From an uncultured Gammaproteobacteria bacterium (GTDB lineage Bacteria > Pseudomonadota > Gammaproteobacteria > Pseudomonadales > Azotimanducaceae), in NCBI GenBank assembly GCA_963780795.1, contig CAWADH010000003.1, forward strand, positions 110,818 through 174,817: a stretch of 64,000 nt of DNA. The letters are read 5' to 3'. The notes below the pieces were generated by a model, which was not told the DNA's origin, made no database searches, and saw only the letters and a list, made by a program, of their open reading frames with translations. Of the stretch, positions 37,660-46,026 are shown piece by piece. The translations under genes were made by a program, and so were the position numbers. Numbering within the stretch: position 1 is the stretch's first letter; each line of letters opens with the position of its first letter.

Positions 37660-38606
37660 ACAACGCTCGCGTCGCCGTCATCGCTGGCGGCAAATCTAAC
37701 GAGGCTGCGGTTTCGCGCTCGTCCGCTGCCGAAGTGACGAAGGCGCTGAAGAGTTCGTTCGAACACGTGCGCCAATTCGAACTCGACGCAACGCTGACGC
37801 GATCGCTGCAGGAGTTTCGTCCCGACGTGGTGTTTCCGGTACTGCACGGTCCGCCGGGCGAAGACGGCACCGTTCAGGGTTATCTCGAGATCCTCGGCCT
37901 TCCTTACGTAGGCAGCGGCGTGCACGCCAGCGCTTGCGCTATGGACAAGAGCCTCGCCAAAGCCGTGTTCCGCCGAATCGGTCTGCCGATGTGTCCGGAA
38001 CGGGTATTTCCCAAAGGCACCACGGTTCCCGATGCGTGCCGCGAAACACTCGCCGCGTTCGGCGATCGCGTGGTCGTCAAACCGTTGCGCCAGGGTTCTG
38101 CGATCGGCGTAACGCCGGTGATGAACGGCGGCGATCTCAGCAAGCCGTTCGAAACCGCATTCGCACTCGGCGACGGCGTGCTGGTGGAACCGTTCGTGCT
38201 CGGCATGGAAGTGACGGTGGGCGTGCTCGATCTGCACGGCACCGCGGCCCGCCCGTTTCCAACGATCGAAGTGAAAACGCCCCGCGGCACGTGGTACGAC
38301 TACGAACACCGCTACACGGTCGGCCAGAGCGAGCACGTGATCCCGGCGCCGGTGGGCGCCCCTTGTCAGAACCGTCTGCAGGAAATCGCGCTGGCGGCGC
38401 ACACGGTTCTCGGTTGCGCCGATCTCTCGCGCGCCGACTTCATCGTGACCGACGCCGAAGACATCGTGCTGCTCGAAGTGAATACGCTGCCGGGAATGAC
38501 GCCCACCAGTCTGTTTCCGGACGGCGCGCGCGCGATCGGCCTCTCGTTCGAGGCACTGGTGGAAGCGCTCGTGCGCAGCGCGCTCGATCGCGGCGCGCGG
38601 GGCTGA
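37656..38606 (+). CDS. ddl: D-alanine--D-alanine ligase (ATP-grasp)
   Basis: 316-aa ORF whose ATG overlaps the S9 peptidase stop (ATGA). VAVIAGGKSNEAAVS, LHGPPGEDGTVQGYLEILGLPYVGSG and LLEVNTLPGMTPTSLFP are Ddl signatures. Confidence 0.85.
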   Translation: MNNARVAVIAGGKSNEAAVSRSSAAEVTKALKSSFEHVRQFELDATLTRSLQEFRPDVVFPVLHGPPGEDGTVQGYLEILGLPYVGSGVHASACAMDKSLAKAVFRRIGLPMCPERVFPKGTTVPDACRETLAAFGDRVVVKPLRQGSAIGVTPVMNGGDLSKPFETAFALGDGVLVEPFVLGMEVTVGVLDLHGTAARPFPTIEVKTPRGTWYDYEHRYTVGQSEHVIPAPVGAPCQNRLQEIALAAHTVLGCADLSRADFIVTDAEDIVLLEVNTLPGMTPTSLFPDGARAIGLSFEALVEALVRSALDRGARG

Positions 38607-38607
38607 C

Positions 38608-39912
38608 TCAGGCGGTCGCGGTTCCCACCGCGGTTCCGGCCGCGGCCGGTGTGTGCGACTCGTCGGCCGGCGGCGTCGCATCCGCGCTCGTTGGCGGCGG
38701 CGCGATCATCGCCGGCAGCAGATGCTTCACGAGTGTCACGGCGCTGCGGTCGTCGAAACGCGTTTTGGCGGCTTTGATCAGTTGCTGCTGCTGATCGGCG
38801 AGGAATTCGAGCGTCTGGCTCACGCCCGAATCGTTGTGCATCCACTGCTGTAGCCCGCCGTCGTCACTCGCGTACTTGTCCATCTGACGGCTGTCGCGCA
38901 TCGACATCTTCAACGAGAACCCGGCGAGCTGATCGGTGTCGATCTGCGCATCGCCCAGTCGCGTAATGGCCGCTTGCATGTCGCCGTGGAAGAACTGGTT
39001 TGCGACGTCGATCACCTGCTGCAGCACTTCGTCGATTGCCGACTTCTCGGCGTCGGACAGATCGCCGGTGATCTGCATGTTGACGTAGCGCGCGCTGCTG
39101 CCGGTGGTTTCCGTTGCGCGAACGCCTGCCCCCGAGTCGGTCACACCGGAGAGCCCCGTGCGACTGGTCACGTCGAGCTGCTGGAACACCAGCTCCACCA
39201 GATCGCCTTCCTGAGTGGTCAGCTTCAACGTCAATGCGGTTTCGCTGGTGCGATCGACCGTACGTGCACGCAGCGACCCAAACGCGTCGCCATCGAGGTG
39301 CTTGATGGCCGGAGCGTCGTCGCGCGGAGCGGATTCCGATGCCGGTGTCGCCGGCGCGGTTGGCGTTGCGTGCGGCGCGGCCGTCACGTGGACCGACAGG
39401 CGTCGGTAGGTCAGCGTGGTTGCGTCGATGACGACGTGACGCCGCACGGTATCGGGTGTCCTCGTCAGCTCCGACGGCGATGTCTCCCGCGCGTCGGTCG
39501 CAGGCGGCGTTTCCTCTTCCGCGCTGACGGGCTCGGATGGCCGCCCCGCAACGTCTTCCGACGGCTCTTGCGGTTGCTGTGGCACGGCACTCGACAACTG
39601 CGACAACGCAAACCGCTCGTATGCGAGCGTGGCCACCACCGTGTAGCTGCGGCCGGGGTCGACGTGCTGCGCCTGATATGTGACGCGTGCGCGCTCGAAT
39701 TGCAGCAGCGACTGCGACTGCGGCGGTGACTCGGTAGATGCCGGCGCAAGCGCTTGGTGCGGTGGCGCTTGGTGCGGTGGCGCTTGGCGCGGTGGCGCTT
39801 GGCGGATCACGCAGGGCGTCGGCGCGTCCGATTGTTGCGCGGCCGGCGGCGCGCCGACCAATGGCTGCCACTGTGTCTTCAGGTCCGTCGCAGCCCGGAT
39901 CTGTCCCACCAT
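38608..39912 (-). CDS. hypothetical acidic Pro/Gln-rich protein with internal tandem repeat
   Basis: 434-aa ORF, 72 nt downstream of amtB on the same strand. I see no signal peptide or TM helix. It has the N-terminal repeat QAPPRQAPPHQAPPHQ and a structured-looking C-terminal third (DLSDAEKSAIDEVLQQVIDVANQFFHGDMQAAI...). I cannot place the family with confidence. Confidence 0.6.
   Translation of the reverse strand: MVGQIRAATDLKTQWQPLVGAPPAAQQSDAPTPCVIRQAPPRQAPPHQAPPHQALAPASTESPPQSQSLLQFERARVTYQAQHVDPGRSYTVVATLAYERFALSQLSSAVPQQPQEPSEDVAGRPSEPVSAEEETPPATDARETSPSELTRTPDTVRRHVVIDATTLTYRRLSVHVTAAPHATPTAPATPASESAPRDDAPAIKHLDGDAFGSLRARTVDRTSETALTLKLTTQEGDLVELVFQQLDVTSRTGLSGVTDSGAGVRATETTGSSARYVNMQITGDLSDAEKSAIDEVLQQVIDVANQFFHGDMQAAITRLGDAQIDTDQLAGFSLKMSMRDSRQMDKYASDDGGLQQWMHNDSGVSQTLEFLADQQQQLIKAAKTRFDDRSAVTLVKHLLPAMIAPPPTSADATPPADESHTPAAAGTAVGTATA
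39750..39805 (-). repeat. 15-nt in-frame tandem repeat (about 3.7 copies) in the 434-aa ORF
   Basis: The plus-strand units are GCGCTTGGTGCGGTG x2, GCGCTTGGCGCGGTG and GCGCTTGGCGG... On the coding strand they encode QAPP(R/H) units. Confidence 0.9.
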
Positions 39913-39984
39913 AGCCGTCTTCCCTGTGGCTCTAGGGACGCTAACGGCCGCTCCGGCAAGTACTTTAATCGGGTCGTCGTACCA

Positions 39985-41193
39985 TCAGAGGTCGTAACCC
40001 CGCTCGTTGTGCAGCACCAGATCGAGACCTTCCGTCTCTTCCTCCGCGCTCACCCGCAGAGCCGTCACTGCGCCGACGATCTTCAGGATCACGAACGTGA
40101 CGATCACTGTGTAAATCAGTGCGCTGAATGCACCGATCGCCTGTACGCCCACCTGGTGACCGATCTGAATGGTGTCCTGCCCGCTGAACAGGCCGAGCGC
40201 ATCGCTCGCGAACACCCCGGTGAGCAGCGTTCCCAACAATCCGCCTACGCCGTGCACCGGAAATACGTCGAGCGAATCGTCGATGTGCATCGTGCGCTTC
40301 AGGAAGTTCGTCGCGCCGAAACACAACAGCCCGGCAGACAGACCGATGATCAGCGCACCCGCCGGACCGACGAATCCCGACGCCGGTGTGATGGTGCCGA
40401 GACCCGCAACCATGCCGGTTACCGCGCCAAGCGCGCTTGGCTTGCCGAACCGGAACCACTCCGCCACCAACCACACGAAGGCGCCTGCCGACGCCGAGAT
40501 GTGCGTGACCAGCATTGCCATCGCGGCATCCCCGTTCGCGGCGAGCGCGCTGCCGCCGTTGAAGCCGAACCAGCCGACCCACAGCATTCCGGCCCCGGCC
40601 ACCGTCAGCGTCATGTTGTGCGGCGGACTCACCTGATGCGGGAAACCGCGCCGCGCACCGAGCACGAGCGCGGCCGTTAGCGCCCCCGCACCCGCCGTGA
40701 TGTGAACGACGATGCCGCCGGCGAAATCTTTGACACCCAGTTCACCGAGCCAGCCGCCGCCCCACACCCAGTGGCACACCGGCGCGTATACGCCGAGAAA
40801 CCACAACGCGGTGAACAACAGGCACGCACCAAAGCGCATCCGTTCGGCAAACCCGCCCACGACGAGCGCCGGCGTGATGATCGCGAACGTCATCTGAAAC
40901 AGCGAGAACGCCGACTCGGGAATGCTGCCTTTCAACGTGCCTTCGGCGACGCCGGCGAACATCGCCTTGCCCAAGCCGCCGATGAACCCGTTGCCGTCAC
41001 CGAAGGCGAGGCTGTAGCCGCAGATGAGCCACAGCAACGACACCACGCACGTGATCGCGAAGCATTGCATCAGCACGCTGAGCACGTTCTTGGTGCGCAC
41101 GAGGCCGCCATAAAACAGTGCGAGCCCCGGAATCGTCATGAACAGAACCAACGCCGTCGACGTCAGTACCCAGGCGGTATCACCCCCACTCAT
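39985..41193 (-). CDS. amtB: ammonium transporter
   Basis: 402-aa polytopic ORF. DTAWVLTSTALVLFMTIPGLALFYGG, FAGGIVVHITAG and DVFPVHGVGGLLGTLLTG are Amt-family blocks. Confidence 0.95.
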   Translation of the reverse strand: MSGGDTAWVLTSTALVLFMTIPGLALFYGGLVRTKNVLSVLMQCFAITCVVSLLWLICGYSLAFGDGNGFIGGLGKAMFAGVAEGTLKGSIPESAFSLFQMTFAIITPALVVGGFAERMRFGACLLFTALWFLGVYAPVCHWVWGGGWLGELGVKDFAGGIVVHITAGAGALTAALVLGARRGFPHQVSPPHNMTLTVAGAGMLWVGWFGFNGGSALAANGDAAMAMLVTHISASAGAFVWLVAEWFRFGKPSALGAVTGMVAGLGTITPASGFVGPAGALIIGLSAGLLCFGATNFLKRTMHIDDSLDVFPVHGVGGLLGTLLTGVFASDALGLFSGQDTIQIGHQVGVQAIGAFSALIYTVIVTFVILKIVGAVTALRVSAEEETEGLDLVLHNERGYDL

Positions 41194-41210
41194 CGTTGCA
41201 TCTCCCCATG

Positions 41211-41250
41211 GCGGGCCGACGAAAATCGGCCCGCTTTAAATGTTGTTTTT
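41211..41250 (+). other. GC-rich hairpin plus T-tract between pyrD and amtB (terminator-shaped only on the plus strand)
   Basis: GCGGGCCGA-CGAAAA-TCGGCCCGC (9-bp stem) is followed on the plus strand by TTTAAATGTTGTTTTT. On the minus (gene) strand it sits 6 nt upstream of the amtB GGGGAG Shine-Dalgarno and has no T-tract. Confidence 0.5.
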
Positions 41251-41342
41251 CATTGACTTGGGGCGATCATCCAGAACGGACCTAGCACCGATCCGGCTCC
41301 CCTCGACCCGGCCGAAAGCGTACTGGTTCGGACACCAATCCG

Positions 41343-42368
41343 CTAGCCGCCGAGGGCTCGCGCAACCCGACGCACCAGGTCGGGCCCTTCGTAGATGAAG
41401 CCGGTATACAGCTGCACCAGCGTGGCGCCGGCGTCGACGAAGCGGCGGGCGCCGGCAACGTCGTGGATGCCGCCGACGCCGACGAGCGGAATACGGCCGT
41501 CGAACGATCGCGCGAGGCGCGCGACGCGCGACAGGGCGAGCGCGTGCAGAGGGCGACCGCTCAGCCCGCCCGCCTCGTCGCGGAACGGCGCGTCTTGCGG
41601 AAGCGGACGCGAGATCGTCGTGTTCGTCGCGATGCAGCCGTCGATGCCGACACCCAGCAGCACGTCCGCCAATGCGTCGGTCGAAGCGTCGTCGAGATCG
41701 GGTGCCACCTTCGCCGCCAACGGCACGTATCGGCCGCGCTCAACCTGCAGTTCCGCCTGGCGCCTCTTCAAGCTCGTTAGCAGCGCTCGCAACGCCGCGC
41801 TCTCCTGCAGCTCGCGAAGACCCGCGGTGTTCGGCGACGAGATGTTCACGGTCACGTAATCGGCGACGTCGTAAACGGTTTCGAAAGCGCTCAGGTAGTC
41901 TTCCGCGGCGTTCGCGAGGTCGGTGTCTTTGTTCTTGCCGATGTTCACGCCGATGAGTCCGGCAGCGGGACCCAGCCGCTCGCGGGCTTTGCGCACGCGC
42001 TCGGCCGCCGCCGGTGCGCCGCGGTTGTTGAATCCCATGCGGTTGATCAGCGCGCCTTCGTTCGGCAGGCGGAACAGGCGCGGTCGCGGATTGCCCGGCT
42101 GCGGTCGCGGCGTCACCGTTCCCACTTCGACGAAGCCGAATCCCATCGCGAGCAACCCTTCGATGCAGCGCGCGTCCTTGTCGAGCCCGGCCGCAAGTCC
42201 CACCCGATTGCGGAACTTCAGTCCCATCACGGTCGTCGGCTGATAGATGCCGTGCACATATCGCTGCGAGATCTGCATGCGTTCGGCGACACGCAATCCC
42301 GCCAGCGCGAGCTCGTGCGAGGTTTCCGGCGGCAGCAGGAACATCAGGCGACGCAGAAATTCGTACAC
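41343..42368 (-). CDS. pyrD: dihydroorotate dehydrogenase (quinone), class 2
   Basis: ORF 41343-42458 trimmed to the GTG at 42368, giving (M)YEFLRRLMFLLPPETSHELAL like E. coli [20 protein letters not shown]. It has GFVEVGTVTPRPQPGNPRPRLFRL and NRMGFNN blocks. Confidence 0.9.
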   Translation of the reverse strand: MYEFLRRLMFLLPPETSHELALAGLRVAERMQISQRYVHGIYQPTTVMGLKFRNRVGLAAGLDKDARCIEGLLAMGFGFVEVGTVTPRPQPGNPRPRLFRLPNEGALINRMGFNNRGAPAAAERVRKARERLGPAAGLIGVNIGKNKDTDLANAAEDYLSAFETVYDVADYVTVNISSPNTAGLRELQESAALRALLTSLKRRQAELQVERGRYVPLAAKVAPDLDDASTDALADVLLGVGIDGCIATNTTISRPLPQDAPFRDEAGGLSGRPLHALALSRVARLARSFDGRIPLVGVGGIHDVAGARRFVDAGATLVQLYTGFIYEGPDLVRRVARALGG

Positions 42369-42442
42369 GGCACACCGGTGTGATCGTGGCGCGCCAGTGT
42401 ACTCATCGCGCATAGTCTGGCAATGCAATCGGGAGCATCGAA

Positions 42443-43204
42443 GTGAAACTCGGCGCACTGCTCGGTCCCATCACAACGACGCAGACCGGCTCGTCGCGCG
42501 ATCTCGCCGAACAGGCGCGCGCGTTCGAAGGCGAAGGGTTCGAGAGTCTGTGGTCGGTGCAGGCGATCGGCCGCGGCTTCGCGATCACCGATCCGTTCGT
42601 TGCGCTCGCGATCGCTGCTGCGGTGACCGAATCGGTCGAGATCGGCACTGCCGTCGTGCAGGTGCCGTTGTATCACCCGGTCGATCTCGCGCATCGCGTG
42701 TTGTCGCTGATGCAGACGTGCGGCGATCGTTTCGTGTTCGGCGTCGGTGCCGGATCGACACAGAAAGACTTCGACGCGTTCGGTCGCGACTACACGGCGC
42801 GCTTTCGCACCTTCGCGCAGCGGATGAAGGAACTGCGGCGCATCTTCGCCGACGGCGGACTCGGTGAGATCGACCTATCGCCATGGCCCACGGTGCGCGG
42901 CGGTCCGCCGCTGCTGCTCGGCGCATGGGGCGGTAGCGGTGTGGAACGCGCCGCGAAGTCGTATTCGGGATGGATCGCATCGGCCGCGTATCGCTCGCGG
43001 GCAGAAGTGATCGCGGCGTTGCAGCGGTATCGCGCGGCCGGCGGTCGGCGCGCGGTGGTGTCGACCATTCAATTGGGACCGACCACCGACCTCGGCGCCA
43101 CTCGCGCAATGTTGCGCGAATTTGCTGCGGCCGGCTTCGACGACGCGGTCGTGATGCTGTTGCCCGGCGGACCCTCTCCCGCACGGGTGCGAGCGCTGCT
43201 CTAG
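42443..43204 (+). CDS. LLM class flavin/F420-dependent-type oxidoreductase (short form)
   Basis: 253-aa ORF. MKLGALLGP, GFESLWSVQA and RFVFGVGAGS are LLM blocks. It is shorter than the two other LLM paralogues in the window. Confidence 0.7.
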   Translation: MKLGALLGPITTTQTGSSRDLAEQARAFEGEGFESLWSVQAIGRGFAITDPFVALAIAAAVTESVEIGTAVVQVPLYHPVDLAHRVLSLMQTCGDRFVFGVGAGSTQKDFDAFGRDYTARFRTFAQRMKELRRIFADGGLGEIDLSPWPTVRGGPPLLLGAWGGSGVERAAKSYSGWIASAAYRSRAEVIAALQRYRAAGGRRAVVSTIQLGPTTDLGATRAMLREFAAAGFDDAVVMLLPGGPSPARVRALL

Positions 43205-43482
43205 CCGAGGCGTTGCAGGGTCGTCAGGCGACCGTTGCTGACGTGCAGCGCGAACGCGCCGTGCACGCCGTGCGTCATCACGTGCGCTCGCAACACCTGC
43301 GCCGGGAACCGCACCCATCGACCGTCGCGGGCGCGCGCAAGCACCGTACGCGAAACGCCGCGATACAGTCGCTTCAGTTCTTCTGCGTCGATCGCCAGAT
43401 CGACGACGATCTTCTCGCTCTGCGGCACGTGAAATTGCGCCTGGCTAGTCGGGATGGTCGAACTTCTGCCGCGGCCTCTCAT
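43201..43482 (-). CDS. DUF2835 domain protein
   Basis: 93-aa ORF. AEELKRLYRGVSRTVLARARDGRWVRFPAQVLRAHVMTHGVHGAFAL matches my memory of the DUF2835 pattern (YYRG..V....DGR.v.FPA..LR.fvt..Gi.G.F.L). An alternative GTG start at 43429 is possible. Confidence 0.65.
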   Translation of the reverse strand: MRGRGRSSTIPTSQAQFHVPQSEKIVVDLAIDAEELKRLYRGVSRTVLARARDGRWVRFPAQVLRAHVMTHGVHGAFALHVSNGRLTTLQRLG

Positions 43483-43602
43483 CTAACCGAGGCGCGACGA
43501 ATCAAGATTAGTCGAGCCGGAGGCCGTCGCTAGACTCGATGTCGACCGCGGCTACAATGGCGGGCATTTTTGCGTCGCGCGTCCGGAAAAGAAGGGCAGA
43601 CC

Positions 43603-44576
<974 letters not shown>

Positions 44577-44580
<4 letters not shown>

Positions 44581-45530
44581 CGATCGAAGTCGCCAGCATA
44601 CGGCAACCGACCGCCCGACAACTGACGGGAGCGACCGTCAGCATCGACGATCTGATCGCGTTGCGCGGCGTGAAGCTGCCACTGCGAACCGCCGTGAACG
44701 CCACCAGCGGCCCGCACGGCGGCAGCCGCTGGTCGCGTCATCGCGGTCGCGGCGTCGACTTCGCCGAAGTGCGCCTCTATCAGCCCGGTGACGACGTTCG
44801 TTCGATCGATTGGCGCGTAACGGCGCGCAAAGCCAAACCGCACACGAAGGTGTACCGCGAAGAGCGCGAGCGGCCAACACTGATCGTGATCGATCAGACC
44901 CGCGCGATGTTCTTCGGCAGTCGCGTGCGGATGAAATCGGTGGCCGCAGCCGAGTGCGCTGCGCTGCTCGCGTGGCATTCGGTCGACGCGGGCGATCGCG
45001 TCGGCGGGCTCGTGTACGACGACGCCACCGAGTATGCGTTCAAACCGTTCCGAAGCGCGCGCGCCGTGGTGAGGCTGTTGAGTCAGATCGGAAACAGCAA
45101 CGCGGCACTTCGCAGTTCCGACACCGCGCCGGTAAAGCGCACGCATCGGCTGCCGATCGTGCTCGAACACGTCGTGCGGGTGGCGCGCAACGGTCACCGC
45201 GTTTACCTCATATCCGACTTTCTCGGCTTCGACGACGATGACGAACGCCAGCTGAAGCGCATTGCGCGACACAACAGCGTGGCGTTGATCCACGTCAGCG
45301 ATCCACTCGAGCAGGAACTGCCTCCGCCCGATCGCTACACGGTCACCGACGGCATCGTTCGCAGCGTGCTGTCGACCGGCGACGCGCGCGCGCGACAGCA
45401 GTACCGCGACGATTTCCTCGCACACACGGGGCGGCTCGAATCGGTGTGCCACGCAACGCGCAGCCAGTTCATACGGCTGTCTACCAACGAAGCCGCGGTG
45501 GCGCGGCTCGGCGAACGTCTGGTTCATTGA
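44577..45530 (+). CDS. DUF58 domain protein (MoxR partner)
   Basis: The ATG overlaps the MoxR stop (ATGA). GVDFAEVRLYQPGDDVRSIDWRVTAR is the DUF58 signature. Confidence 0.85.
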
Positions 45531-45540
45531 CCCTTCGACG

Positions 45541-46026
45541 ATGGATGACGCACTCAAGCAACTACGCGACCTGCATCTGCCGGAGCCGCCGGGGCTGTGG
45601 CCGCCCGCGCCGGGCTGGTGGGTGCTCGGCATTCTCGCCTTCATCGTGCTGTCCGTGCTCGCGATTCGAGTCTATCGGGCGCGGCGTCGCAGCCGGCCGC
45701 TGCGGCTCGCGATCGGCGCCTTAGATCGCCTGTTGGCGGACAACCGTGACCAGCGTCTCCCCCCTCGCGATTTCGCCAATGCCGTCAACGAACTGCTGAA
45801 GCGCGCGCTGATCTACGGCGCGAGACGCTCCGATGCGGCGCCGCTGTCCGGTCCGGCGTGGCTCAGCTATCTCGACCAGATCGTCGCAAGCGACGTGTTC
45901 ACCAACGGCGCCGGCGCAGCGCTGGGTCAGCGGCGCTTCGCGCCGGACTTCGAACCCGACCCCGATGCACTCCACGCGGCCGCCCGCGACGTGCTGCGCG
46001 CTGTCACCAGACAGGTGCGCCCATGA
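45541..46026 (+). CDS. DUF4381 domain membrane protein
   Basis: 161-aa ORF. LHLPEPPGLWPPAPGWWVLGILAFIVL followed by RRR and ALDRL is the usual DUF4381 start in Bat-type operons. Confidence 0.75.
   Translation: MDDALKQLRDLHLPEPPGLWPPAPGWWVLGILAFIVLSVLAIRVYRARRRSRPLRLAIGALDRLLADNRDQRLPPRDFANAVNELLKRALIYGARRSDAAPLSGPAWLSYLDQIVASDVFTNGAGAALGQRRFAPDFEPDPDALHAAARDVLRAVTRQVRP

Noticed and set aside
34168-38606. A RiPP/graspetide biosynthetic cluster reading of the C39-GNAT-S9-ATP-grasp block
   Set aside because: No precursor-peptide-sized ORF lies upstream or in the 37-nt and 15-nt gaps. The ATP-grasp enzyme carries standard D-Ala-D-Ala ligase motifs rather than RimK/MdnC-like ones. It is kept only as a low-probability alternative inside the finding.
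39750-39805. Apparent relatedness of the two 15-nt repeat units. In each gene's sense orientation, GCTGCCGCGTCAAGC versus GCCACCGCACCAAGC match at 11/15 positions, all four differences are transitions, and the units are read in different frames.
   Set aside because: The match appears only after freely choosing rotation and strand, between two GC-rich low-complexity 15-mers. I cannot distinguish it from chance without a statistical test, so it is not reported as a finding.
41194-41342. Sigma-54 (NtrC-dependent) promoter upstream of amtB
   Set aside because: I scanned the minus-strand spacer for GG-N10-GC with TGGCAC/TTGC context and found no acceptable match. Nitrogen control may exist but is not visible to me.
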